Of a DNA stretch of 64,000 nt, positions 13,336 to 24,786 are shown one piece after another. The notes below the pieces were generated by a model, which ran no database searches, was not told where the DNA came from, and saw only the letters and a list, made by a program, of their open reading frames with translations. Position numbers and translations under genes: made by a program. The DNA comes from Leucoraja ocellata (taxonomy: Eukaryota). Every line of letters begins with the position of its first letter. Position 1 is the first letter of the stretch. The stretch lies in contig JAWMAR010001442.1 of the NCBI GenBank assembly GCA_036785375.1, forward strand, positions 1 through 64,000, in the 5' to 3' direction.

Positions 13336-13381
13336 TCATGGTAACTAATGTTGGCCGTATCATTGCCGATCTCTCGCCCAC

Positions 13382-13684
13382 CTTTGGCACTTTCTGTCCG
13401 TGCTGACACTGGTGAGGATGATGGAGATCGTTGGGCAGAGCACACAACCTCCACCCCGCTGGTCCACTCCTCCACACTGCTCCGGAGTTTACTGCTCACT
13501 CTGTCTTGGGTACTTTCTCCTCTCGGTTGGTGGGTCACAGCCCCTGTAGTTCTCTCCCTTCCGCTCACTTGCCAGTAGACTTGGACCTGGCTCAGATCAG
13601 CGCCCATTACCACGCACACCACAGTAGCGGTCTTGTTGATCCAAATCTCTTCAGTGGAGGGGTTTTGGATAAAGACAGACAATT
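13382..13684 (-). CDS. IgW: Duplicated CH3-like exon (CH3') downstream of the secretory polyA site
   Basis: ELSVFIQNPSTEEIWINKTATVVCVVMGADLSQVQVYWQVSG...EEWTSGVEVVCSAQRSPSSSPVSARTESAK, 303 nt (same length as CH3), intact AG/GT. Confidence 0.9.
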
Positions 13685-13956
13685 CTGCAGATGAGAAATA
13701 GGAAGCTTACAAACCGGACAAGGTCTGGTGTTGTCGTCACCGATCAACTGGACTCTGACGACTTGCATTCATTTTCCAGACTCACTTTATTGACGTGTGC
13801 ATAAGGAGAGCAGCACAGTCCCACTTACCTGCTGCTCTGTAATTCCATTCAGCATTTATACAGAGTTTGACCCTTGAAATTATGCGCACACTCTAATTTC
13901 TTATAATTGAACACAATACATTTTCCACAACACTTATACAAATACATTAACACTAA

Positions 13957-16703
13957 TGGCCCTGTCTCACGGTGTGAGTCCACCTACGAGTGATCCCGAG
14001 TGAAAGAAAAAATCAAACTCGTGGTTGTCTATGAGATTCCAAGTTTATTTTCACGAGTTTAAACGCGTTCCCACGTGTATGTCTAAGTTTGCCATTTACT
14101 TCTCATTTCTGCGATGTACCAAGTTACTCTCCCGAGTTACCAAGCTCCTCTCCAGAGTTACTCTTGAGCCAACAACGACTACCGACATGTGGAAAAATCA
14201 TCACATGGTAAAAATGATGTCATGCAGTTTTTTTCACTCTAAAAAGACCCAGCCAGAAGAACGACCTCGACCCGAAACATCACCTATTTCTTTTCTCCAC
14301 AGATGCTGCCAGACCAGTTGAGTTAGTCCATCATTTTGTGTCTATCTTTGGTTTAAACTGGTATCTGCAATTCCTTCCTTCAAACTTTTAGAGCAGTTTG
14401 TTTCAAGAAACAATCCTTCCAAAATTGCATTCAAAAGTCCACTTGAACAGCATTTGTCATTGAAAGGCAGAGGCTGTTTTGTGTCGGGAGGAACTGCAGA
14501 TGCTGGTTTACACCGAAGATAGATACAAAAAGCTGGAGTAACTCAGCGGGACATGCAGCATTTCTGGAGAGAAGGAATGGGTGACGTTTCTGGTCGAGTC
14601 CCTTCTTCAGACTGAAAAAACCTTTCGATCCTTCTCTCCACAAATGCTGCCGGCTTGGCTGAGTTACTGCAGCTTTTTGTGTCTAGTAAGATTATTTTAT
14701 TCCCTTAATTTATCTCTCATCAAAACGTTGGTAAACTTCTAACAAAAAGATTAGGTAAATTGAACTTTAACGTTATTTTTTCTCCCAACAGCAAGGTCCG
14801 TAGACCAGACGGATAGCAGTGTGTGTCTCTCTACTCACCCAGTATGTCCGTCAGAACAGGGATCCCACCATTGCAACTTAAACTGTATAAAAAGCAGCGG
14901 CTCACAACATTGCTGATTGGGCAGATCTGCTCAGAAACCACCCCTTTCACACTCACCCCAGCCCTGGAAAACAACATTTTCAGAGCTCTACAGTCACTCA
15001 AGCCCGCCAGCGAACCGCTGAATGAAAGACAAAGCTCAGATGTGCTCTTCAGCAGTGGCGTCCCAGAGTTTCCCAGCGCCTGGCCCAAGTTTCAATTTAC
15101 ACTCAGGTAAACTGATTTTTTATTTAAAACCCAAATACAATTGGACCTTAATTGTAAACATGAGAATGTTTTCCTATATTGTACGGTAGACTATCATCCA
15201 GTGTAGACACCATCATTTATTGGAAAAATATGAATATACAAAAACAGGGGTTAGTTAAAAATTGGAGTCATATCCCATCTACAGCTCACGTTCTCTTGCT
15301 GTGTTTCTAAGAAAGGTCATTAAGGACTTATGTTATGTGTTTTTGTTGGACTGAAACCAACCCATTTACAACATAAAGCTGTGGGTAACCTTTTAGGAGA
15401 ATACTTGTGATGTAACGAACCAGAAATTAATTTATTTTACATAACACACAAAAATAACTCTGGTCTTAATTACCAATGCAGCTTGTGAACTTATTTGCGG
15501 GTGCGGCAGCATCTATGGAGCGAAGGAAATAGGCAACGTTTCAGGCCAAATCCCTTTTTCAGACTGAAGAAGTGTTTCAGCCCGAAACGTTGCCTATTTC
15601 CTTCACTCCATAGATGCTGCTGCACCCACTGAGTTTCTCCAGCACTTTTGTCTACCTTTGATTTTCCATCATCTGCAGTTCCTACTTGAACTTGTGAACT
15701 TATTTTGTGAACTTCCCCACTGAATGCTTCCTATCTTTTGCAAGCATATTGCACGGGTTAGTACAAATACAGTTAAAACTCTGAATAACAACATGCCATG
15801 AAGGAGCTTCCAAAGATTCATTTATCAAGAAGCTAGAGTAACTAAGCACGACAGACGGCATCTCTGGAGAGAAGGAATAGGTGATGTTTCGGGTCGAGAC
15901 CCTTCTTCGATTTTAAACCTGCATCTGCAGTTCCTCCCCATTTATAATTTTGACATTTATAAAATTCCCATTTATAAAATTATAAAATAAAATCCCATTT
16001 ACAACATTGTTTTGAGCAATTGTTCCCTAACGTGGACAGACTGGATGGAAAGTGATGCCTGACAAAAATCCCCTGTATAACGCATCAGTCTTCAATAACT
16101 GATGTTAATGTGTCGGATATAAATCCTGAGATCGGACACCTGTCCCATATATATGCTTCTCCATAAAAAGTGCATTAACCCAACAGGGATTCATGGCACC
16201 GTTTCAATGTGAAAAGGTAAAGTTCTGAAGGGAACTAATTCACTCACAATACAGCTTTCCCAACACTGTATGGTTCATTCTTTTTACCACTGTTTCTCAG
16301 ATCACCGGTGAGTGCTTTTTGCTCTTTAACAGTGAATTATTAGATCACTGTAAAATGTTCCATTAAGATCTGACTAATCTTCAACATTTCACTTTTGGCA
16401 CTCAGGCCAAACCCACGAGTTACTCACGAGTCACTACAGTAAACTCACGGGCTACTACGGTATTACAAGGAGTTTAAAAGTTTCACATTTTTCCTTCAAG
16501 AGTAAATTTGACTCATGGACATCTTTCAAAATGTTGAACATTTTTCACGAGTTAACAAGTTTCCCGAGTACCTGCCGTTAGCGTTATGAGTCGCTAAGTT
16601 ACGTCCACGAGTTCCAACGTTCCCCCTACATTAATTCTACGTGATTACCACGAGTTTGATTTGTTTTTCACTCGTGGGTGGACTCGCACCATGGGACAGG
16701 GGT
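13957..16703. mobile_element. Larger Harbinger-like non-autonomous element with unique internal DNA and nested insertions
   Basis: Ends ggccctgtctcacggtgtgagtccac... and ...gtggactcgcaccatgggacagggg are inverted repeats, with subterminal cacgag repeats and TAA flanks. Confidence 0.6.
15497..15690. mobile_element. Penelope-derived short element with inverted arms and 15-bp TSD
   Basis: About 65-bp inverted arms centred on ttcagactgaa. The flanking direct repeat cttgtgaacttattt is at 15482-96 and 15691-705. Confidence 0.75.
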
Positions 16704-18219
16704 TTAACACAAATAAAAATACATGCTGTTCAATTCTTTATTGGTATTTAATTTTAGTGCACCATAGAAAGCATTTTATCAGGATGCATCACAGCATGGT
16801 TTGGAAAATAGCTCCATCCAAGAAATGGCAGCGAATTGTGGTTGCAGCCCAGATCATCACACAAACCAACCTCCCTTCCACTGACTCCATTTACATCTCA
16901 TGCTGCCTCGGCAAGGCCAGCAGCATAATCAAGGACCAGTTGCACCCTGGCCACTCTCTCTTCTCCCCTCTCCCATCAGGAAAATAGGTATTGAAGTGTG
17001 AAAACACACACCTCCAGATTCAGGGACAGTTTCTTCCAAGCTGTTATCAAACAACTGAACCATCCACTCACCAACTAGATCGCAATCCTGATATATCATC
17101 TACCGCACTGGAGACCCTCGCACTATGTTTAATCAGACATTACCTTGCACAAAACATTCTTCCCTTTATCATGTATTTGTATACTGTGGATGGCTTGATT
17201 GTAATTATATAGTCTTTCTGGTGACTGGTTAGCACGCAACAAAAAGCATTTTCACTGTACCTCGGTCTACGTGACAATAAACTAAACCAAACCAAACATC
17301 CCTCGGCCCACACATTGGGCATTGCATCCTCCACCATAGACCTTCCACCATCGACACTTCACGCTGCCTCAGGAAAGCAGCCAACATCATCAAGGAATCC
17401 TCACATCCCAGTCATTGTCTCTACTCCCCTCTCCAGAAGATACAAGAAGCTTGAATACACATAGCAGCAAATTCAAGGACAGATCTACTTTAAGCACCGA
17501 CAGGCAGATGTTTAATTGTAACATTGCAATAGAAGAGTTACCAATGATGAGTTGTCTCTTTTATTCAACATCATCCGTGCACACCCACTGAGGACAGAGA
17601 CTCCTCAAACAACCATCCCCCTTGTTGGACACAGATGTCATGTGTGGCTCAGTGGTGAGCAATGTCACCTCATGAAAGCTGCTGTCTTTGGGATGAGGCT
17701 TTAAGGAGGTGCTTCTCAGGTATATGTCAGCAATGCCACAACATGACCACAAGAGTTCTGCTCAGAGTCCTGAGCTAATATTTATCCTGAAACCAAACAG
17801 CTAAACACAGGTGGGCTGTGGGAGAGCTGGGAAGGGGAGGGGAAAGAGGGAGAAAGCAAGCACTACCCGACGCAGGAGATCTGCCCAGATTTGGTTTGCC
17901 GTGTGTGAGCTGGCATCAGGTACATTGTCACAGCTGGGCAAGGAAAGACCACGGACCAATCAGTTCACCTTGTGTCACCCTGACGGTCACACGGCACAGT
18001 GATAATGGAGTTAACGACCACAATCAATCTCTGTCTTCAACTGGTCCAGGCGTGGGTGTGAGAACACCCAATGGTGGAAGGTTTTGGACACATTGATCCA
18101 ACAACACCTATTTCTCCCAGAATGTGCTTCTCCTAGAATGTGCACACCTCACATCCCAAGCTACCCATGTACTGCCACCCAAAACACAGACACGCACACA
18201 AAATCTTTTTCACATCACA

Positions 18220-18225
18220 TTTATT
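18220..18225 (-). terminator. Polyadenylation signal of long secretory IgW mRNA
   Basis: AATAAA about 295 nt past the stop, followed by a GT-rich downstream element (tgtgtgcgtgtctgtgttttggg). Confidence 0.75.
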
Positions 18226-18517
18226 GAACTTGTATTGATACATTGACACATACATAGATTTAATATCTCGTGTGATCCCATACAGGGTTAAAATCTGTTC
18301 AAGCACGGCATAAATAGCTCTGTAAATGTATCCAGAAGCTCAGACATTTGTGGTAAATCATGGCTGTGGCTTCATTTGTATCTCGTGTGGCATTATGTTT
18401 TTAATGATTTACAAAGGTTCACATTTTGATGATGTATTAGGGAACTAACCCATCATCCTCTGGGTCAGTTAATACATCCAGAAATGAACAAAACAAGTGT
18501 CTGAGAAATGAATCATG

Positions 18518-18903
18518 TTACACACAAGATTTAAAGCTGTCAGTCAGAACAAGTGAGACATTGACCAGGGTGGGTTTGCTGTGAGATTTATTGATGCTTC
18601 TGAATAGACTGGTTGTGATGGATCCATGTCCCACAACACAGGAGAAGGTGGTGCCACAGTTCCAGTCCTCTGGAGAAACCTTCAACTGACTGGTCATGGT
18701 GTTCCACCCATTCCTGGTGTCCTTGGTCACGGGCTGGTTCACGATCCCTGTCTTCAGAAGGGTGTCGTTGGCCATCCAGGCCACATAGATGTCTGCAGGA
18801 GAGAATTTGGTGACCAGGCACGTCAAGGTGGCCGTCTTATCCGTCTCCACCTCATCCAATGAAGGGGGGAGGAGGTAGACTTGAGGACGTATCTCAACTC
18901 CAT
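18518..18903 (-). CDS. IgW: IgW CH6 exon with secretory tailpiece
   Basis: DGVEIRPQVYLLPPSLDEVETDKTATLTCLVTKFSPADIYVAW...FSCVVGHGSITTSLFRSINKSHSKPTLVNVSLVLTDSFKSCV*. IgM-type tailpiece with NVS sequon and penultimate Cys. Confidence 0.95.
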
Positions 18904-20304
18904 CTGGGAACAGAGAGAACCTGAGTTAGACTGAATCTGTCGATAATTCTGTACTTACACAATACATTCCAATCTTATACTGACATGGACCCCGTTTACA
19001 TCCTGAGGGACCTCAGTTCACCTGAAACTAAAGGCTTTTCCTTTCTGTTCATTGTAGGGATGTATGGAATAGAAATCATGCCTCTGGTGCATTTTACAGG
19101 GCAGCATGGTGGCGCAGCGGTAGAATTGCTGCCTACAATGCAAGAGACATGGGGTTTGATCCTAACTATGGCTGGTGCCTGCATGGAGTTTGTACGTGAC
19201 CGTGTGGGTTTTCTCCGGGTGCTCAGGTTTCCTCCCACACTACAAAAATGTACATGTTCTCTGTATGGCGGGACTGTCATATGCTGAGAGAATGGAGCGG
19301 CTGGGCTTGTATACTCTGGAATTTAGATGGATGAGAGGGAATCTGATCGAAACATAAGATTATTAAGGGTGTGGACACGTTAGAGGCAGGAAACATGTTC
19401 CCGACGTTCAGGGAGTCCAGAACCAGGGGCCACAGTTTAAGAATAAGTGTTAAACTATTTTAAACAGAGATGAGGAAACATTTTTTCACACAGAGAGTTG
19501 TGAATCTGTGGAATTCTCTGCCTCAGAGGGCGGCGGAGGCCGATTTTCTGGCTACTTTCAAGAGAGAGCTAGATAGGGCTCTTAAAGATAGCGGAGTCAG
19601 GGGATATGGGGAGAAGGCGGGATCGGGGTACTGATTGGGGATGATCAGCCACGATCACATTGAATGGAGGTGCTGGCTCGAAGGGCCAAATGGCCTACTC
19701 CTGCACCTATTGTCTATTGTCTATTGTTTGTAGGCTAATTGACTTGGTTTAATTGTAAATTGTCCTTGGTATGTGCTGGGTAATGTTAGTGTGCGGGGAT
19801 CGCTGGTTGGCGTGGACTTGATGGGCCGAAGGTCGCTGTATCTCTAAACTAAACTGAACTATAGCTTCCAGTGAGTTTAAATTGGTTAGTTAATCAACAG
19901 GAGCCACTGAATGCTGAGACTCTACAGAAAATGGAACTCAGTCCTTGGACCAGTCTGTTTCTGCGCTGTCTGTTCCATCTCCCCTTCTGCTTAAATGATT
20001 GGCTGGTGTTTGCCTCAAGGTCCCTGCCCTTCCAGTCCTGACTCAGTCTGTATCTCGGCTTGTGAAAGTTGCAATTCCCTCTCCCTCGATTCTATCTAAG
20101 CAACTCACGCTGAGGGAATAAGTGTGGTAATGGGCGAGGTTGTCGTGGTGACTTGGGATATTAATGATGTGGTTATTCAGCTGAGTTTAATCTTATTTTC
20201 ACACTCTCTGACCATCTGTAAGTCCACCCAATATCCATTAGATATCCACTGGAGATCAGAAAAATCCAAAAGAATCTGAGAAAAACTATGAAATTCTTAA
20301 TCGG

Positions 20305-21845
20305 ATTGATGAAGGGGAGCCAGTATATGTATTGTATCTAGACTTTCAGAAAGCCTTTGATAAGGTCCCGCACGGGAGACTGGTGACTAAAATTAGAACA
20401 CATGGTATTGGGTAGGGTGTTGCCGTAGATAGAAAATTGGTTGGCAGGCAGGAAGCAAAGAGTAGGAGTGAACAGGTCCTTTTCAGAATAGCAGGCAGTG
20501 GCGAGTGGAGTGCCGCAAGGCTCGTTGCTGGGGCCGCAACTGTTTACCATATATATTAATGATTTGGAAGGGGGAATTAGGAGCAACACTAGCAAGTTTG
20601 CGGATGACACAAAGCTGGGTGGCAGTGTGAACTGTGAAGAGGATGTTAGGAGGTTGCAGGGTGACCTGGACAGGTTGAGTGAGTGGGCAGATGCAGTATA
20701 ATATAGATAAATGTGAGGTTATCCACTTTGGTGGCAAAAACAAGGGGACAGATTATTATCTCAATGGGGTTAGGTAAAGGGAATGTACAGCGAGACCTGG
20801 GTGTCCTTGTACAACGGTCACTGAAAGTTAGCGTGCAGATACAGCAGGCAGTGAAGAAAGCTAATGGAATGTTGGCCTTCATAACAAGAGGATTTCAGTA
20901 TAGGAGTAGAGAAGTTCTTCTGCAGTTGTACAGGGCTCTTGTACGACCACATCTAGAGTATTGAGTAGAGTTTTGTCTCCTAATTTGTGGAAGGACATCC
21001 TTGTGATTGAGGCAGTGCAGTGTAGGTTCACGAGATTGATCCCTGGGTTGGCGGGACTGTCATATGAGGAAAGATTGAAAAGACTAGGCTTGTATTCACT
21101 GGAGTTTAGAAGAATGAGGTGGGATCTTATAGAAACATATAAAATTATAAAAGGACTGGACAAGCTAGAAGCAGGATAAATGTTCCCAATGTTGGGCGAG
21201 TCCAGAACTAGGGCTCAGTCTTAGAATCAAGGGGAGGCCATTTAAGACTGAGGTGAGAAAAAACTTTTTCATCCAGAGAGTTGTGAACTTGTGGAATTCC
21301 CTGCCACAGAGGGCAGTGGAGGCCAAATCACTGGATGGATTTAAGATACAGTTAGATGGAGCTCTAGGGGCTAGTGGAATCAAGGGATCTTGGGAGAAGG
21401 CAGGCATGGGTTATTGATTGGGGACGATCAGCCATGATCACAATGTATGGTGGTGCTGGGTCGTAGGGCCGAATGGCATCCTCCTGCACCTATTTTCTAT
21501 GTTTCTATGAACAGGTGAGGCAGAGGAAGAATGTTTCAGATATTGGGGAATCCAGGCCAGGAGATGACAGTCTGAGGTGAAGGTGTGTAGGTGTGAGAGG
21601 GGGAGAAATGTCTTCACACAGATAGTGGTGAACCTGGACATTCTCTGCCACAGACAGCATTGAAGCCCAATTATTAGATATATGCAAGAATGAGTTGGAT
21701 CCAGTTCTTAGGGTAAAGGGATCAAGGGATATGGAGAGAATGCAGGAAGAGAGTACTGAATATGGATGATCAGCCGTGCTCATATTGAATGTCTGTGCAG
21801 GATTGAAGGGCTGAATGGCCTGCTCCTGCAATTATTTTCTATGCT
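20305..21845 (+). mobile_element. CR1-type LINE fragments in the CH5-CH6 intron
   Basis: [33 protein letters not shown] peptides and 3' UTRs. Confidence 0.88.
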
Positions 21846-21907
21846 GGATGTGATAAGTGTGTCCATTTGCTCAGATCAGACTCGCACCAACCTCTGTCAA
21901 CACGTAC

Positions 21908-22228
21908 CTGTCAGCTTCTTCAAAGATCTGCTCTCCGGTGTTGGCAAACTCTTGTCCTCCACAACACAGGTGTACAGAGCCCCACTCTCCCACTCTGCAG
22001 CGGGGACCGTCAGTCCGCTGGTGATGGTGTCTGTACCTCCGATCCTCTCTACACCACGAGTTGTCACCCCGTCTTCTCTCTTCATTTCATTCACTTGCCA
22101 GGTGACCCTGAATCCCTCTAAATCACCGTGAACCACCTTACACAGAATGGTGGCTGTCTTGTTGATCCAGATCTCTTCGAAGGAAGGTTTGCTTAAAGTG
22201 ACCGAGGGGCGGGTATCTGAACATTCAT
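21908..22228 (-). CDS. IgW: IgW CH5 exon
   Basis: DECSDTRPSVTLSKPSFEEIWINKTATILCKVVHGDLEGFRVTWQVN...EWESGALYTCVVEDKSLPTPESRSLKKLT, 321 nt, AG/GT, phase 1-1. Confidence 0.93.
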
Positions 22229-22896
22229 CTGGGAGAAATCACATTTATTATGTCATCGTTCCCTGATGGAGCAGCTTGCCACTGAAGTATTTTGTGCACA
22301 TCTCCACTGAATGATATGCTGGTCCCATCAACATCAGGGAGATTTATCTACATTGGTGTAGGAATGAAGCTTCCTATTGATCCCACAAGGAAACCGTGCT
22401 AAACAATGTGAATTAACAAGTTGACATTTACATTATTTGACAGTTTTGTGATCACTGAACCTGCTACCAGCTATTTACTGAATCAAATGTATAAAATTCC
22501 CTCTGAGGAGAGGCAAATCGAGCTAATGTATGAGGTCAAAATGTTCAGTTCAGTTTAGTTTATTGTCACGTGTACCGAGGTACAGTGAAAAGCTTTTGTT
22601 GCGTGCTAACCAGTCAGCGGAAAGTTCTTCACTTTATATTATAAAATAGAAGCAGCGGCATTATTTTATTTAGTCGCGAGTGGACCGGAGTAGGATGAAG
22701 AAAGGTCTCGACTCGAAGCCTCACCTCCCCATGTCCACCAGGGATGCTGCCTGACCTGCTGAGTTACTCCAGCATATTGTGTCCTTTCATTTAGTCACAA
22801 CTGTTTAAATGCATTTTGTATCCATGAGGTGTAACTAAACTCTCCTGCTGCTTTGTCAGAATGTAGTGTGTTGCAGCCGGCCTGTTCCAGAGGCTG

Positions 22897-22982
22897 CTAC
22901 ACATTGCCCAGACTGACTGTAGCCACTCTGGGGCAGGGAGAGAGCTGCTCTGCTGGACACCCTGTCACAGCTGAGGCACCCA
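22897..22982 (-). CDS. Candidate secretory tail exon between CH4 and CH5
   Basis: Strong acceptor tctttccctctgcctttgtacttaatgccag, phase 1 reads VGASAVTGCPAEQLSPCPRVATVSLGNV*. AATAAA at 22665-70. Confidence 0.35.
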
Positions 22983-23226
22983 CTGGCATTAAGTACAAAG
23001 GCAGAGGGAAAGACCGTTTTGAAGAAGAGTATTGTGGATCTCCACCGTGTCTGGCCTGTCGACTGGCTTGGATTGCCCTCAAGTTACTAAAGCAATGTCA
23101 AAGATACAATTATTTCTGTGGCCAGATTCACTTACAAGCCCACAACAGGACTGCACCATGTTACAATGCTGCCCATGTGTGACACAGTTTACAATGTGGA
23201 GAATGGAGTGAATCCCAGGAGCCTAC

Positions 23227-23544
23227 CTTGGATGTTCTTCACATCCTTCGTGATGATGGTGTTGGAGGCGCGATGATACACTGTACAATTGAAACGTGAG
23301 CCTGACTTCCAATCCTCTGTACTCATGGTCAGGAAGTGGCTGGCACTGAAAGTGCCCCCCTGCTCCAGAGCAGTTGGTGCAGCGCTGGTGTTGTTGGAGA
23401 TCAGGGCACCGTCTTTACTCCAAGTGACGTTGATGAGGTCTGGGTAGAATCCAGAGACCACACACTCGAGGGTGACCTTGTGGCTATGCTTGGTCTCTTC
23501 GTGTGTTTGAAGCAGCAGTCTGACTTCAGGTTTATTTGGCTCAA
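23227..23544 (-). CDS. IgW: IgW CH4 exon
   Basis: Acceptor ttttgctctgttccag, VEPNKPEVRLLLQTHEETKHSHKVTLECVVSGFYPDLINVTWSKDG...DWKSGSRFNCTVYHRASNTIITKDVKNIQ, 318 nt, donor GTAGGC. Confidence 0.93.
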
Positions 23545-24090
23545 CTGGAACAGAGCAAAATAAATGTTAAACTCTCTCATAGAGACATAGAGTGATATAG
23601 TGTGGAAACAGGCCCTTCAGCCCAACTTGCCCACCCCGGCCAACATGTCCCAGCTACATTAGTCTCTCCCGCCGTGCTTGGTACATGTCCCTCAAAACCT
23701 GTCCCTGTCTGTTTTTTTAATGTTAGGATAGTCCCTGCCTCAACTACCTCCTCTGGCAGCTTGTTTCATACATCCACTACCCTTTGCATGAAGAAGTTAC
23801 CCCTCAGATTCCTATTAAATCTTTCCCCCTTCACCTTAAACCTATGTCCTCTGGTACTCAATTCACCTACTCTGGGCAAGAGACTCTGTGCATCTATCCA
23901 ATCTATTTCTCTCATGATTTTATACACCTCAATAAGATATTCCCTCATCCTCCGACACTCCAAGGAATAGAGTCCCAGCCCACTCAACCTCTCCCTATAG
24001 CTCTCTAGCCCTGGCAACATCCTTGTAAATCCTCTCTGTACCCTCTCTCTCTATCTGTCACACCCATTTAATCACTGATCTGTTGCCCAC

Positions 24091-24393
24091 CTTTGTTATG
24101 GTTGGTCCGCGCTGACACTGGTGAGGATGATGAAGATTGTTGGGCGAAGCACACAAACTCCACCCCGCTGGTCCACTCCTCGACGCTGGTCCGGAGTTCA
24201 CTGGTCACAGGGTTTTGGGTGCCTTCATGGCTCGGTGTACGGGTCACAACTCCTTCACTTCTCTCCTTTCCTCCCACCTTCCAGGTGAGATGGACCTGGC
24301 TCGGATCACTACAGATCACTGAACACACCAGCGTAGCGGTCTTGTTGATCCAAATCTCTTTCATGCCAGGATTTTGAATGAAGACGGCCAATG
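24091..24393 (-). CDS. IgW: IgW CH3 exon
   Basis: ALAVFIQNPGMKEIWINKTATLVCSVICSDPSQVHLTWKVGG...EEWTSGVEFVCFAQQSSSSSPVSARTNHNK, 303 nt, AG/GT, phase 1-1. Confidence 0.93.
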
Positions 24394-24449
24394 CTGTGGA
24401 TCAGAAATGGAAAAGTTCAGAATTTTAGTTGAGACTCATCTGTTACTAA

Positions 24450-24786
24450 AGGGCCTGTCCTGTCCCACTTACGCAACTTTTTCAGCGACTGCCGGCACCC
24501 GTCATAGGTCGTTGCAGGTCGCCCAAAATTTTCAACACGTTGAAAATCCAGCGGCGACCAGAGCAAGGTACGACTCATTGGGCGACTACTCATGACCATA
24601 CAGGCTTCACCTATGTCGGCAGGGTGTCACCTGTATGGTCGTGAGTATTCTCATCAGTTGCCCAAAGAGTCGTAGCGCCGGTCTGGTCGTAGCTGAATTT
24701 TCAACGTTAACATTTTTCAGTGACCTGCTGCGACTATGACAGGTGCTGGCAATCGCAGAATAAATTGCGTAAGTGGCTCAGGCTCT
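24450..24786. mobile_element. PIF/Harbinger-type MITE, same family as 12987-13335
   Basis: agggcctgtcc...cccact TIR and shared internal sequence gactgccggcacccgtcataggtcg. Confidence 0.8.

Noticed and set aside
14831-15088. 85-aa ORF ending at a GTGAGT donor, considered as an extra IgW exon
   Set aside because: No Ig motifs. The best acceptor (about 14965) gives a stop after three codons in phase 1, and it lies within a transposon-like unit.
17995-18035. CACAGTG downstream of CH6
   Set aside because: No acceptable nonamer at either spacing.
12987-24786. Same-family MITEs near CH3 and CH3' as markers of the exon duplication
   Set aside because: One lies upstream of CH3 and the other downstream of CH3', with different TSDs, so they are independent insertions.
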